DNA of 64,000 bases from an uncultured Actinomycetota bacterium (GTDB lineage Bacteria; Actinomycetota; Actinomycetes; JACCUZ01): contig CAVWQZ010000012.1 in NCBI GenBank assembly GCA_963757295.1, positions 73,953 through 137,952 of the forward strand. Reading direction: 5' to 3'. Position numbers and translations under genes: made by a program. The notes under the pieces were generated by a model. It did no database searches and was not told the origin of the DNA. It was given only the letters and a program-made list of their open reading frames with translations. This document shows positions 1 through 14,505 of the stretch, in pieces. Positions within the stretch are counted from its first letter, which is position 1; every line of letters starts with the position of its first letter.

Positions 1-3000
1 CCGCGGTCGTCGGCCCCAACGGCTCGGGCAAGTCCAACGTGGTCGACGCGATCGCCTGGGTGCTCGGCGAGCAGGGCGCCAAGTCGCTGCGCGGCGGCAA
101 GATGGAGGACGTCATCTTCGCCGGCACGTCCGGGCGAGCGCCGCTGGGCCGCGCCGAGGTGACGCTCACGATCGACAACTCCGACGGCGCGCTGCCGATC
201 GACTACACCGAGGTCTCCATCTCGCGGATCATGTTCCGCAGCGGCGGCTCCGAGTACGCCATCAACGGCCAGCCGTGCCGGCTGCTCGACGTGCAGGAGC
301 TGCTGTCCGACTCCGGCATCGGCCGGGAGATGCACGTCATCGTGGGCCAGGGCCAGCTCGACTCGGTGCTCTCCGCCGGCCCCGAGGAGCGACGCGGCTT
401 CATCGAGGAGGCCGCCGGCGTCCTCAAGCACCGCAAGCGCAAGGAGAAGGCGCTGCGCAAGCTCGAGGCGATGCAGGCCAACCTGACGCGCGTGCAGGAC
501 CTCACCGCCGAGCTGCGCCGCCAGCTCAAGCCGCTCGGCCGCCAGGCCGAGGTCGCCCGGCGGGCCGCGGTCATCCAGTCCGACCTGCGCGACGCGCGGC
601 TGCGGCTGCTCGCCGACGACCTGGTGCAGATGACCTCGACGCTGGAGGCGGAGGTCGCCGACGAGACGGCCCTGCGGGAGCGCCGGGCCGAGGTCGAGCG
701 GGCGCTGGCCGAGGTCCAGCAGCGCGAGACCGACCTCGAGCAGGAGACCGCCGCGGAGGCGCCGGCGCTGGCCCGGGCGCAGGAGACCTGGTACCGGCTG
801 TCCTCGCTGCGCGAGCGGTTCCGCGGCACCGGCGGGCTGGCCGCCGAACGCGTCCGCCACCTCGCCGAGGAGGCCGAGGAGCAGCGGTCCGGGCCCGACC
901 CCGACGAGCTCGAGGCGCAGGCGCGCCAGGTCCGCGACGAGGAGCGCGAGATCCTCGCCGCGGTCGAGCGCGACCGCGAGGCGCTCGCCCTCGCGGTCAC
1001 CGCCCGGCAGGAGGCCGAGGCCGCCCTCGAGCAGGAGCAGCGCCGCGTCGCCGCCGCGGCCCGGGCTGCCGCCGACCGCCGCGAGGGGCTGGCCCGCCTG
1101 GCCGGCCAGGTCGCCGCCGGTCGCAGCAAGGTGGAGGCCGGCGAGGCCGAGATCGGCCGGCTCGCTCCGGCGCTGGAGGAGACCGCGGCCCGGGCGGAGC
1201 GGGCCCAGGGCGAGTTCACCGCGCTGGAGACCCAGGTGGCCGGGCTGGACGCCGGCGAGCACAGCCTCGACTCCGAGCACGTGCAGGCGTCCAACCGGCT
1301 CGCGGCGGCCGAGGACCGGGTCGCGGCCCTGCGCGCCGAGGAGCGCGACGCCGAGCGCGAGCGGGCCACCCAGGTCGCCCGCAAGGAGGCGCTCGAGCTC
1401 GGACTGGCCCGCAAGGACGGCGCCGGCACCGTGCTGGCCGCCACCGACCGGCTGGGCGGCGTGCTGGGCTCGGTGGCGGCGCTGCTCAGCGTGCAGTCGG
1501 GCTACGAGACGGCCATCGCCGCCGCCCTCGGCGCTGCTGCCGACGCGGTTGCCGTGGTCGACGTCGGCTCCGCGGTCGACGCGATCCGGCTGCTCAAGGA
1601 CGACGACGCCGGCCGCGCCGGGCTGCTCGTCGGCTCACCGTCCACGCCGTACGACGAGGCGCGGGCCCGCACCGACATCCCGCCCGGGGCCCGCCGCGCC
1701 CTCGACCTGGTGACCGCTCCCGACGAGCTGCGCCCCACCGTGGCGCGCCTGCTCGCCGCGACGGTCGTGGTCGACGGGCTGCAGGAGGCGCGCGCGGTCG
1801 TCGAGGCGGCACCCGCGCTGGTCGCGGTGACCCGCGACGGCGACGTCCTGGCGGCCGACCGGGCCGCGGGCGGCTCGGCGACCGCGCCGAGCCTGATCGA
1901 GGTCCAGGCCGCGGTGGACGAGGCCGACGCGCGGCTCGTCGAGGCCGGGCACCGGCTGGACCGGCTGCGGTTCGCGCTGCAGACGGCGGTCGAGGAGAGA
2001 GACGCGGCCGAGCACGACGTCGCCGGCGCGCTGGAGCGGCTGCACCAGTCCGACGCCCGGCTGGCGGCGGTCGCCGAGCAGCTCGGGCAGCTCGGCGCGC
2101 AGGCCCGCGCCGCTCGCGGCGAGTCCGAGCGGGTGCAGCGCTCGATCGAGGCCGCGTCCACCCAGCTCGCGGCCGACCGCGAGGCCGTGGCCGAGCTCGA
2201 GGCCCGGCTCGCCGCGGCCGAGCAGTCCACCGACGACGACGAGCCCGACGAGCCCGACACCACCGTCCGCGACGAGCTCGCCGAGCGCTGCGCCGTCGGC
2301 CGGGCCGCCGAGATGGAGGCGCGGCTGGCCGTGCGCACGGGGGAGGAGCGCTCGCGGGCGCTGGGCGGGCGGGCCGAGGCGCTCGACCGCAGCGCCGCGC
2401 TGGAGCGGTCGGCCCGGGCCCGGGCGATCGCGCGCCGGGAGCGGCGCGCCCGCGAGGCAGTCGTCGCCCAGGCCGTGGCCGCTGCCGCGCAGACGATGCT
2501 CGGCCACCTCGAGGGCTCCCTGGCCCTCGCGGCCGAGGCGCGCCAGCAGGCCGAGGCCGCGCGCACCAGCCGCGACGAGGAGCGGGCCGCGGCGCGCGCC
2601 CGCACCCGCGAGCTGACCGCCGAGCTCGAGCGGCTGACCGACAGCGTCCACCGCGACGAGGTGGCCCGGGCCGAGCAGCGGCTGCGGATCGAGGCGCTGG
2701 AGCAGAAGGCGCTCGAGGACCTCGGCGTCGACTCGCGGACCCTGCTCGACGAGTACGGCCCGCACCAGCTGGTGCCGCCGTCACCGCCGGTGCCCGGTGA
2801 GGAGCCGGCCGGCGACGAGGAGGGCGTCGCTGCGCCCCAGCCCACGCCGTACGTGCGGGCCGAGCAGGAGAAGCGGCTGCGTTCGGCCGAGCGCGCGCTG
2901 GCGCTGCTGGGCCGGGTGAACCCGCTCGCGCTCGAGGAGTTCGAGGCGCTCGAGGAGCGCCACCGGTTCCTCTCCGAGCAGCTCGAGGACCTCAAGAACT

Positions 3001-3515
3001 CCCGCCGCGACCTGCTCGACATCGTGCGCGAGGTGGACGAGCGGGTCGAGCAGGTGTTCACGGCCGCGTTCCACGACACGGCCCGCGAGTTCGAGGGCGT
3101 GTTCGCCCGGCTCTTCCCCGGTGGCGAGGGCCGGCTGGTGCTCACCGACCCCGACGACATGCTGACGACCGGCATCGAGGTCGAGGCCCGGCCGCCGGGC
3201 AAGAAGGTCAAGCGGCTGTCGCTGCTCTCCGGCGGAGAGCGCTCGCTGACCGCGGTGGCCCTGCTCGTCGCGATCTTCCGGGCCCGGCCGAGCCCGTTCT
3301 ACGTCATGGACGAGGTCGAGGCCGCGCTGGACGACGTCAACCTGGGCCGGCTGATCGCGATCATGGACGAGCTGCGCGAGAGCAGCCAGCTGATCGTCGT
3401 CACCCACCAGAAGCGCACCATGGAGATCGCCGACGCGCTCTACGGCGTGTCGATGCGGGGCGACGGCGTGACCCACGTGATCGGGCAGCGGCTGCGTGAG
3501 GCTGAGCCTGCCTGA
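1..3515 (+). CDS. smc: Chromosome segregation ATPase SMC (5' end outside window)
   Basis: ORF 39..3515 stays open back to base 3, where upstream codons read AVVGPNGSGKSN (Walker A). It has long Ala/Glu/Arg coiled-coil arms, a hinge, the C-terminal LSGGERSLTAVALLVAIF signature and Walker B FYVMDEVEAALD. No frame break in 3.5 kb. Confidence 0.95.
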   Translation, partial: AVVGPNGSGKSNVVDAIAWVLGEQGAKSLRGGKMEDVIFAGTSGRAPLGRAEVTLTIDNSDGALPIDYTEVSISRIMFRSGGSEYAINGQPCRLLDVQELLSDSGIGREMHVIVGQGQLDSVLSAGPEERRGFIEEAAGVLKHRKRKEKALRKLEAMQANLTRVQDLTAELRRQLKPLGRQAEVARRAAVIQSDLRDARLRLLADDLVQMTSTLEAEVADETALRERRAEVERALAEVQQRETDLEQETAAEAPALARAQETWYRLSSLRERFRGTGGLAAERVRHLAEEAEEQRSGPDPDELEAQARQVRDEEREILAAVERDREALALAVTARQEAEAALEQEQRRVAAAARAAADRREGLARLAGQVAAGRSKVEAGEAEIGRLAPALEETAARAERAQGEFTALETQVAGLDAGEHSLDSEHVQASNRLAAAEDRVAALRAEERDAERERATQVARKEALELGLARKDGAGTVLAATDRLGGVLGSVAALLSVQSGYETAIAAALGAAADAVAVVDVGSAVDAIRLLKDDDAGRAGLLVGSPSTPYDEARARTDIPPGARRALDLVTAPDELRPTVARLLAATVVVDGLQEARAVVEAAPALVAVTRDGDVLAADRAAGGSATAPSLIEVQAAVDEADARLVEAGHRLDRLRFALQTAVEERDAAEHDVAGALERLHQSDARLAAVAEQLGQLGAQARAARGESERVQRSIEAASTQLAADREAVAELEARLAAAEQSTDDDEPDEPDTTVRDELAERCAVGRAAEMEARLAVRTGEERSRALGGRAEALDRSAALERSARARAIARRERRAREAVVAQAVAAAAQTMLGHLEGSLALAAEARQQAEAARTSRDEERAAARARTRELTAELERLTDSVHRDEVARAEQRLRIEALEQKALEDLGVDSRTLLDEYGPHQLVPPSPPVPGEEPAGDEEGVAAPQPTPYVRAEQEKRLRSAERALALLGRVNPLALEEFEALEERHRFLSEQLEDLKNSRRDLLDIVREVDERVEQVFTAAFHDTAREFEGVFARLFPGGEGRLVLTDPDDMLTTGIEVEARPPGKKVKRLSLLSGGERSLTAVALLVAIFRARPSPFYVMDEVEAALDDVNLGRLIAIMDELRESSQLIVVTHQKRTMEIADALYGVSMRGDGVTHVIGQRLREAEPA

Positions 3516-3584
3516 GCGTGGCCGCCTTTGTCTCAGGTGGATAACCCCTGGTTTGTCCGGAGGCTCTGCGGGGAGGCAGAACGG

Positions 3585-3912
3585 GTGACCTCTCTCCTCT
3601 TCGTCCACGCCGCCATCGGGCTGCTCGCCCTGCTCGTCATGCTCGTCGCCGCCGTCATGCACCACGAGCAGACCGCGCGTCGTGCGCCGCGGGTCGCCGC
3701 GGCCGTCGCCGCGGTCGCCGACAAGGTGGACCCCGGCGAGGCACCGCCGCTCGGTGTGCTGACCACCCCGGAGAAGTCCCGTCGGGTGTCGCGCAAGTTC
3801 GAGCACGCCGAGTGGAAGGTACGCCGGGGGGCCCGCGCCCTCACCACGCTGGCGCGCAGCAACGGCTGCACCCGTCACCGGAGCGACCCCGGTCGCCACT
3901 CTGGGAGACTGA
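3585..3912 (+). CDS. Possible small membrane protein (hypothetical); 3' end unresolved
   Basis: GTG 3585 follows GGGAGG (3571-3576). It encodes the TM helix LLFVHAAIGLLALLVMLVAAVM, then a basic tail, with GC-rich third positions. There is no in-frame stop before ftsY; the nearest stop, TGA 3910-3912, is in another frame. Confidence 0.25.
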
Positions 3913-3918
3913 CCCGTC

Positions 3919-5064
3919 GTGGAGACCCTCACCCTGATCCTGGTCGTCGCCGCGGCCGTCCTCGTTCTCGGCGTGGTCGCCGCGACGTCCCTCGTGGGCT
4001 CCCGTCGCCGCGGCCGCCGTGGCGCACCGTCCGACCGTTCCCGACGCACTTCCCGACACCGAGCGGAGCTCCGGCTCGACGGCGACCCAGGTCGCGCCGG
4101 ACCTCGAGGCGCCACCCGAGGCACCCGCGCTGGAGCGCCCCGAGCCCAGCGCCGGCCGGCTGGTCCGGCTGCGTTCGCGGCTGGGCCGCTCGCAGAGCAC
4201 GCTCGGGCGCGGGCTGCTCGGGCTGCTGTCGCGGGACCACCTCGACGAGGCGACCTGGGAGGAGATCGAGGAGGTCCTCCTGACGGCCGACGTCGGCGTC
4301 GCGCCGACCCAGGAGCTGGTCGAGCGGCTGCAGACCCGCGTCAAGGCCCTGGGCACGCGCACCCCCGACGACGTCTCGCGCGATGCTGCGCGAGGAGCTG
4401 CTCGGCCTGGTCGGCACCGACGTCGACCGGTCGCTGCGCACCGCCCGCGAGGGCGGCGCCGGCCGTCGTGCTGGTCGTGGGGGTCAACGGCACCGGCAAG
4501 ACGACGACCGTCGGCAAGCTGGCCCGGGTGCTCGTGGCCGACGGCCGGACGGTGCTGCTCGGCGCGGCCGACACGTTCCGCGCCGCGGCCGCCGACCAGC
4601 TGCAGACGTGGGGCGAACGGGTCGGGGCGCCGACCGTGCGCGGGCCCGAGGGCGGTGACCCGGCCAGCGTCGCGTTCGACGCGGTTCGGCAGGGCGCCGA
4701 CGGGGGCTACGACGTCGTGCTGGTCGACACCGCCGGGCGGCTGCAGAACAAGGTCGGCCTGATGGACGAGCTCGGCAAGGTCAAGCGGGTCGTCGAGAAG
4801 CACGGGCCGGTCGACGAGGTGCTGCTCGTCCTCGACGCGACCACCGGCCAGAACGGCCTCGCACAGGCCCGGGTCTTCGCCGAGGTCGTCGACGTCACCG
4901 GGATCGTGCTGACCAAGCTCGACGGCACCGCCAAGGGCGGCATCGTCGTCGCGGTGCAGCGCGAGCTCGGCGTACCGGTCAAGCTCGTCGGCCTGGGCGA
5001 GGGTGCCGACGACCTGGCGCCGTTCGACCCGGAGGCCTTCGTCGACGCCCTCATCGGCCCCTGA
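3919..5064 (+). CDS. ftsY: Signal recognition particle receptor FtsY (frame breaks in this sequence)
   Basis: N-terminal [21 protein letters not shown] and an acidic A-region. NG domain motifs are [15 protein letters not shown] and [10 protein letters not shown]. The protein is spread over track ORFs 3919, 4019 and 4383, with frame hand-offs near 4020, 4380 and 4457. GTG 4019 is an alternative start. Confidence 0.9.
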   Translation: METLTLILVVAAAVLVLGVVAATSLVGSRRRGRRGAPSDRSRRTSRHRAELRLDGDPGRAGPRGATRGTRAGAPRAQRRPAGPAAFAAGPLAEHARARAARAAVAGPPRRGDLGGDRGGPPDGRRRRRADPGAGRAAADPRQGPGHAHPRRRLARCCARSCSAWSAPTSTGRCAPPARAAPAVVLVVGVNGTGKTTTVGKLARVLVADGRTVLLGAADTFRAAAADQLQTWGERVGAPTVRGPEGGDPASVAFDAVRQGADGGYDVVLVDTAGRLQNKVGLMDELGKVKRVVEKHGPVDEVLLVLDATTGQNGLAQARVFAEVVDVTGIVLTKLDGTAKGGIVVAVQRELGVPVKLVGLGEGADDLAPFDPEAFVDALIGP

Positions 5065-5101
5065 CGCGTTCACGCGGCGCGAGGCATCTCCGGCCGCAGG
5101 T

Positions 5102-5152
5102 GTCACCTGGACGTAACATGCGGCGGCACCGATCATTACACCGCCGCGAAAC
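5102..5152 (+). promoter_or_regulatory. Candidate GlnR-type boxes upstream of amtB
   Basis: GTCAC-n6-GTAAC (5102-5117) fits the actinobacterial GlnR pattern gTnAc-n6-GaAAc. A weaker TACAC-n6-GAAAC lies at 5137-5152. Both sit 85-130 nt upstream of the amtB GTG. The 19-nt gap between the boxes is non-canonical. Confidence 0.35.
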
Positions 5153-5234
5153 ATGGCGCGACACACCGGCCCGGGAAACCGCGGCCGCGCAGGCTTCCTC
5201 GGCTAGACACCGAACCTCTCGAGGAGGAATCCCC

Positions 5235-9250
<4,016 letters not shown>

Positions 9251-10199
9251 CTCCGCCGGTCGTCCGTCAGCCAGTCGCCGATGATCGCCGCGAGCTCCGG
9301 CCCGCCGTCGCCGATCAGGTCGTGGCCCCAGCCGGGCAGGGCGTGGACGGCCGCCCGGGCATGCCGGGACCGCACCGCGCGGGCGGCGTCGTCGTTGGCC
9401 CGGCGCACCGGCTCGGGCTCGGTCGCGAGCAGGAGCAGCACCGGGACATCGGCGGCAGCCAGCGTCGGCCAGTGCTGCATCGACTGCTCCTGCAGCATGG
9501 CGTGCTGGGCGGCCGCCCGGGTCAGCGTCGTGGCGACCGGTACCAGCGCCCCGGTCGACGTCAGGCGCAGCGCCGGCTCGAGGCCTGCGGCATAGGCCGC
9601 CGTGAGGGGTCGGCGGACGTCGTGCTGGATCTGGCGCAGCAGGTCGTCGCGGTCGGCGTACGTCGGCTGGCCGGCAGAGTTCGCCGCGTCGCGCTCGTCC
9701 AGCGACCACTCCGGATGGACGCCCGCCCGCTCGGCGTAGTCGACCTGCCCGCTGTCCAGCAGCACCAGTGCCGCGACGTCCCGGGGCCGCTGGGCAGCGG
9801 CGGCCAGCATCACCACACCGCCCCAGGAGTGGCCCATCAGCACCGGCCGGTCCAGCCCGAGCCTGTCGACCAGGGCCCAGACCAGTGCGGCCAGCCGCGG
9901 CACGGCGTACTGCTCGGGCGGCAGTGCCGGTGACGCGCCGAAGCCCGGGGCGTCCGGCGCGAACAGCCGCAGTCCCCGGGCGGTGAGCGCGGGCGCCATC
10001 TCGCTCAGGTAGGCACCCGACGTCACGTCGCCCAGCGGGTGCCAGAACACGACCGGCCGACCGGACGGTTCGCCCCACGACCGGACCGCGAGCGGCACGC
10101 CGTCGGCATCCAGCTGCTCGACGCGACCGGTGTCCACGCTGCCAGAGGCGCTCACCGCGCCGATGCTAGCCACGCCCGCACCACGGTTAGGCTGGCCGC

Positions 10200-11762
10200 G
10201 TGTTCGCCACTCTCTCCGACCGCCTCGCCGCCACGTTCAAGAACCTGCGCGGCAAGGGCCGGCTCACCGACGCCGACATCGACGCCACCGCCGCGGAGAT
10301 CCGCGTCGCCCTGCTCGAGGCCGACGTCGCGCTGCCGGTCGTCAAGGACTTCGTCGCCGCGGTCAAGGAGCGGGCGCGCGGCGTCGAGGTGTGCCAGGCG
10401 CTGAACCCCGCGCAGCAGATCATCAAGATCGTCAACGACGAGCTCGTCGAGATCCTCGGCGGCGAGACGAGGCGGCTGCGGTTCGCCAAGACCCCACCGA
10501 CCGTGATCATGCTGGCCGGCCTTCAGGGCTCCGGCAAGACGACGCTGGCCGGCAAGCTGGCCTACTGGCTCAAGGGCCAGGGCCACCAGCCGGTGCTGGT
10601 CGCCGCTGACCTGCAGCGGCCGAACGCCGTGACCCAGCTGCAGGTCGTGGGTGAGCGCGCGGGTGTGCCGGTCTTCGCCCCCGAGCCCGGGAGCGGTGTC
10701 GGCGACCCGGTGCGCGTCTCGCGCGACGCGATCGAGCACGCGCGGCAGAAGATGTACGACGTCGTCATCGTCGACACCGCCGGTCGCCTCGGCATCGACG
10801 AAGAGCTGATGCAGCAGGCGTCCGACATCCGCGACGCCGTGCAGCCCGACGAGATCCTGTTCGTCGTCGACGCGATGGTCGGCCAGGACGCCGTCACGAC
10901 CGCACAGGCGTTCCTCGACGGTGTCGGCTTCGACGGTGTGGTGCTGACGAAGCTCGACGGCGACGCCCGCGGCGGTGCCGCGCTGTCGGTGGCGAAGGTC
11001 ACCGGCCGCCAGGTGATGTTCGCGTCCAACGGCGAGAAGCTCGACGACTTCGACACGTTCCACCCCGACCGGATGGCCTCGCGGATCCTCGGCATGGGCG
11101 ACGTGCTCACCCTGATCGAGCAGGCCGAGAAGGCGTTCGACAAGGGCCAGGCCGAGGAGATGGCCGGCAAGTTCGGCCGCGGTGAGGACTTCTCGTTCGA
11201 GGACTTCCTGGCGCAGATGGAGAGCGTCCGCAAGATGGGCTCGATGTCCAAGCTGCTCGGGATGCTGCCCGGCATGGGCCAGATCCGCGACCAGATCGAG
11301 AACATCGACGAGCGCGAGATCGACCGCGTCACGGCGCTGATCAAGTCGATGACCCCGGCGGAGCGGCGCGACCACAAGATCCTCAACGGCTCCCGGCGGG
11401 CCCGGATCGCGCGCGGCGCCGGCGCGACCGTCGCCGACGTCAACGGACTGGTCGACCGGTTCGCCGAGGCGCAGAAGATGATGCGCCAGATGGCCTCCGG
11501 TGGCGGGATGCCCGGCATGCCGGGGATGCCCGGCGTCCCCGGAATGGGCCGCGGCAAGAAGGCCAAGGGCAAGGCGGCGGCCAAGGGCGCGAAGAAGGCC
11601 AAGGGCGGCCGCTCCGGCAACCCGGCCAAGCGGGCGCTCGAGGAGCGGCAGGCGGCCGACCGGCTCGCGGGTGTGGACGGCCCGGGCGCGCTGCCCGACC
11701 TGCCCGAGGACTTCGAGCTGCCCGACGAGCTGCGCAACCTGCTGCCGCCCACCCAGCGCTGA
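10200..11762 (+). CDS. ffh: Signal recognition particle protein Ffh (SRP54)
   Basis: Starts MFATLSDRLAATFKNLRGKG. Motifs GLQGSGKTT, DTAGR and TKLDGDARGG. Met-rich M domain and a GMPGMPGMPG / Lys-rich tail. Intact. Confidence 0.96.
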   Translation: MFATLSDRLAATFKNLRGKGRLTDADIDATAAEIRVALLEADVALPVVKDFVAAVKERARGVEVCQALNPAQQIIKIVNDELVEILGGETRRLRFAKTPPTVIMLAGLQGSGKTTLAGKLAYWLKGQGHQPVLVAADLQRPNAVTQLQVVGERAGVPVFAPEPGSGVGDPVRVSRDAIEHARQKMYDVVIVDTAGRLGIDEELMQQASDIRDAVQPDEILFVVDAMVGQDAVTTAQAFLDGVGFDGVVLTKLDGDARGGAALSVAKVTGRQVMFASNGEKLDDFDTFHPDRMASRILGMGDVLTLIEQAEKAFDKGQAEEMAGKFGRGEDFSFEDFLAQMESVRKMGSMSKLLGMLPGMGQIRDQIENIDEREIDRVTALIKSMTPAERRDHKILNGSRRARIARGAGATVADVNGLVDRFAEAQKMMRQMASGGGMPGMPGMPGVPGMGRGKKAKGKAAAKGAKKAKGGRSGNPAKRALEERQAADRLAGVDGPGALPDLPEDFELPDELRNLLPPTQR

Positions 11763-11763
11763 G

Positions 11764-12864
11764 GTGACGGTGCGGCCCTTGCACGTAGCGGCATTGCACG
11801 TGCGGGCCGTTGTCCTGCCCGACGGCGTCGAACGCGACCTCTGGGTCGACGAGCAGGGCCTCATCACCGACGAACCGGTCGCCGACGCCGAGACCATCGC
11901 CGATCGCGGCTTCCTCGTGCCCGGCCTCGTCGACGCGCACTGCCACGTCGGGCTGGACGCCGAGGGCGGGGTCGACGAGGCCACGACCGAGGAGCAGGCG
12001 GTGGCCGACCGCGACACCGGGGCGCTGCTGCTGCGCGATGCCGGTGTGCCCGTCGACACGCACTGGATCGACGACCGCGCCGACCTGCCCCGGATCGTCC
12101 GGGCCGGCCGGCACATCGCGCGCACCAAGCGCTACATCCGCAACTACGGCGCCGAGGTGGAGCCGGCCGACCTGGTGGCCGAGGTCGAGACCCAGGCGGG
12201 CCGCGGTGACGGCTGGGTCAAGCTGGTCGGCGACTGGATCGACCGCGACGCCGGCGACCTCACCCCCTGCTGGCCGGCCGAGGTCGCGGCGGCCGCGATC
12301 GCCCGCGCGCACGAGCTCGGCGCCCGGGTGACGGCGCACTGCTTCGGCGAGCAGTCGGTCGCGGACCTGGTGGCTGCCGGCATCGACTGCATCGAGCACG
12401 GCACCGGCTCACCGACGACGTGGTCGCCGAGATGGCCCGGCGGGGAACCGCCCTGGTGCCGACCCGGGTGCAGATCGACAACTTCCCGTCGTACGCCGAG
12501 CAGGCCGGCGGAGAAGTTCCCGGCGTACGCCGCCCACATGCGCGACCTGCACGCCCGGGCCGACACCGTCCTGCGGGCGGCCTACGAGGCCGGCGTGCCG
12601 ATCTTCGCCGGCACCGACGCGGGCGGCGTGCTCCCGCACGGCCTGATCGGCCGGGAGGTGGCGGCCCTGCACGACGCGGTGGGGCTCTCGCCGTACGACG
12701 CCCTGGGTGCCGCCTCGTGGCGGGCCCGCGAGTGGCTCGGCTTCCCGGGCCCGGTGGCCGGCGCGTCGGCCGACTTCGTGCTGTACGACGAGGACCCGCT
12801 GGCCGACCTGCGCATCCTGGCCGCCCCCGCCCGGGTCGTCCTGCGCGGCCGCGTGGTCGCCTGA
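11764..12864 (+). CDS. Metal-dependent amidohydrolase (compensating frame-break pair)
   Basis: Motifs GLVDAHCHVG (HxH metal site), VTAHCFG and IFAGTDAG. Residues between about 12409 and 12510 read correctly only in the track ORF 12420 frame (VVAEMARRGTALVPTRVQIDNFPSYAEQAG). The total length is still a multiple of 3. Confidence 0.8.
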   Translation: MTVRPLHVAALHVRAVVLPDGVERDLWVDEQGLITDEPVADAETIADRGFLVPGLVDAHCHVGLDAEGGVDEATTEEQAVADRDTGALLLRDAGVPVDTHWIDDRADLPRIVRAGRHIARTKRYIRNYGAEVEPADLVAEVETQAGRGDGWVKLVGDWIDRDAGDLTPCWPAEVAAAAIARAHELGARVTAHCFGEQSVADLVAAGIDCIEHGTGSPTTWSPRWPGGEPPWCRPGCRSTTSRRTPSRPAEKFPAYAAHMRDLHARADTVLRAAYEAGVPIFAGTDAGGVLPHGLIGREVAALHDAVGLSPYDALGAASWRAREWLGFPGPVAGASADFVLYDEDPLADLRILAAPARVVLRGRVVA

Positions 12865-12875
12865 CCAGGCGCGGA

Positions 12876-12905
12876 TTGGGTGGGTGCGCATCGGTCTGGC
12901 ACAAT
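12876..12905 (+). promoter_or_regulatory. Candidate promoter for the rpsP operon
   Basis: TTGGGT (12876-12881), an 18-nt spacer, then CACAAT (12900-12905). It lies about 130 nt upstream of the rpsP GTG. Sequence match only. Confidence 0.3.
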
Positions 12906-13035
12906 GGCGCGCTGTACCCGGTGTACGGCGGACCCTCTCATCCGCTGCGTGCCGCGTCCCCCGGCCGGCACCGACCACACCCCCACGTGGACCGGCGCCG
13001 CCACCCGCATGCGAGAAGCAGGAGCTTCATCAACC

Positions 13036-13668
13036 GTGGCAGTCAAGATCAAGCTGATGCGCTTGGGCAAGATCCGAGCGCCGTACTACCGCATCGTCGT
13101 CGCCGACTCCCGCACCAAGCGTGACGGGCGCGCGATCGAGACGATCGGCAAGTACCACCCCACCCAGGAGCCCTCGCTGATCGAGGTCGACTCCGAGCGC
13201 GCGCAGTACTGGCTCGGCGTCGGCGCGCAGCCGACCGAGCCGGTCGCCGCCATCCTCAAGGTCACCGGTGACTGGCAGAAGTTCAAGGGCCTCCCCGGCG
13301 CCGAGGGCACGCTGCGCGTCGCTGAGCCCAAGGTCAGCAAGAAGACGACCTTCGAGGCGGCCGCCAAGGACTCCGGCACGGCGAGGCCAAGGACGGCGCG
13401 ACCACCCCGAAGAAGCGCACCGCCAAGAAGGCCGCGGCCAAGACGCCGAGAGCACCGGAGGCCGCCGGCGAGCGCTGCCGAGGCGACCCCGGCCGCCGAG
13501 GCTGACGCAGCCCGGCCGCCGAGGCTGAGGCCGCCCCCGTCGCGGAGGCCGACGCAGCTCCCGCCGCCGAGGAGACCACGCCGGCTCCCGAGGCTGAGAC
13601 CGCCAGCCAGCCCGCCGCTGACGCGGCCACGCCGACCGCCGCTGACGCCGCCAAGGACGAGGGCTGAC
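13036..13668 (+). CDS. rpsP: 30S ribosomal protein S16 with long Ala/Glu/Pro-rich C-terminal tail (frame breaks in tail)
   Basis: Starts [42 protein letters not shown]. The tail reads naturally ([21 protein letters not shown]...AADAAKDEG-stop) only after frame changes from about 13380 onward. TGA 13666-13668 abuts the next gene. Confidence 0.9.
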
Positions 13669-13669
13669 G

Positions 13670-13909
13670 ATGCTCGAGGACGCTCTCGAGCACCTGGTCC
13701 GGGGCATCGTCGAGCACCCCGACGACGTGTCCGTGCGCGACCGCAACAACCGTCGCGGCCGCTGCCTCGAGGTGCGCGTGCACCCCGACGACCTCGGCAA
13801 GGTGATCGGCCGCAACGGCCGCACCGCGAAGGCCCTGCGCACCGTGATCGGCGCGCTCGGGCCCGAGCGCAGCGTGCGGGTGGACTTCCTCGACGTCGAC
13901 GAGCGCTGA
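13670..13909 (+). CDS. KH-domain RNA-binding protein (YlqC-like)
   Basis: Starts [20 protein letters not shown] and carries [15 protein letters not shown] (the GxxG KH motif). It occupies the conserved position between rpsP and rimM. Confidence 0.9.
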   Translation: MLEDALEHLVRGIVEHPDDVSVRDRNNRRGRCLEVRVHPDDLGKVIGRNGRTAKALRTVIGALGPERSVRVDFLDVDER

Positions 13910-13934
13910 CCCGCCCAGGCAGGGCAGGCGCCTG

Positions 13935-14501
13935 ATGGAGGTCGTCGTCGCGCGCATCGGGCGCCCGCACGGCATCAAGGGCGAGCTCTCCGTCGAGGTC
14001 CGCACCGACGAGCCGGAGCGCCGGCTCGGCCCCGGCGTCACGGTGCGCACCGACCCCGCGACCGCAGGCCCGCTCACGATCACCGCGGGCCGGGTGCACA
14101 GCGGGCGGCTGCTGCTCACCTTCGACGGGGTCACCGACCGCACCGGTGCCGAGGCGCTGCGCGGCGTGCTGCTCGTCGCCGACGTCGACCCGGACGAGCG
14201 CCCCGAGGACCCCGAGGAGTTCTACGACCACCAGCTCGTCGGCCTCGCCGTGCACACGGTCGACGGCGTGCACGTGGGAGAGATCGACGAGGTGCTGCAC
14301 CTGCCCGGCCAGGACGTCCTCGCCGTACGACGAGCGCCGGGCGCGGACGCGCGGACCGATCTGCTGGTCCCCTTCGTCGCCGCCATCGTCCCGACGGTCG
14401 ACGTCGCCGGTGGCCGGGTCGTGATCGACCCGCCGCCCGGGCTGCTGGACGACGCCACCGAGTCGAGCGAGTCGACCGAGCCGGCCGAGCGGGCGGACTG
14501 A
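13935..14501 (+). CDS. rimM: 16S rRNA processing protein RimM
   Basis: [16 protein letters not shown] and YDHQLVGL, with a PRC-barrel C-terminus [27 protein letters not shown]. Intact. Confidence 0.93.
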   Translation: MEVVVARIGRPHGIKGELSVEVRTDEPERRLGPGVTVRTDPATAGPLTITAGRVHSGRLLLTFDGVTDRTGAEALRGVLLVADVDPDERPEDPEEFYDHQLVGLAVHTVDGVHVGEIDEVLHLPGQDVLAVRRAPGADARTDLLVPFVAAIVPTVDVAGGRVVIDPPPGLLDDATESSESTEPAERAD

Positions 14502-14505
14502 CACC

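Noticed and set aside
203-3211. Long ORFs overlapping smc on both strands (203..1444-, 275..2800+, 1502..3211-, 1594..2784-, 1635..2765-).
   Set aside because: Their Arg/Ala/Pro/Ser-dominated composition is typical of off-frame or antisense reading of high-GC coding DNA. The smc frame explains the region fully.
11500-11560. A GGGATGCCCGGCATGCC-type short tandem repeat.
   Set aside because: It encodes the GMPGMPGMPG motif of the Ffh M-domain tail, so it is ordinary coding low complexity.
13440-13660. Tandem-looking GCCGAGGC/GCCGCC repeats here and CCGACCAGCGAGGC x3 at 32440-32530, considered as satellite or CRISPR-like repeats.
   Set aside because: They encode Ala/Glu/Pro-rich C-terminal tails of S16 and S2, which are common in actinobacteria. 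There is no repeat-spacer periodicity.
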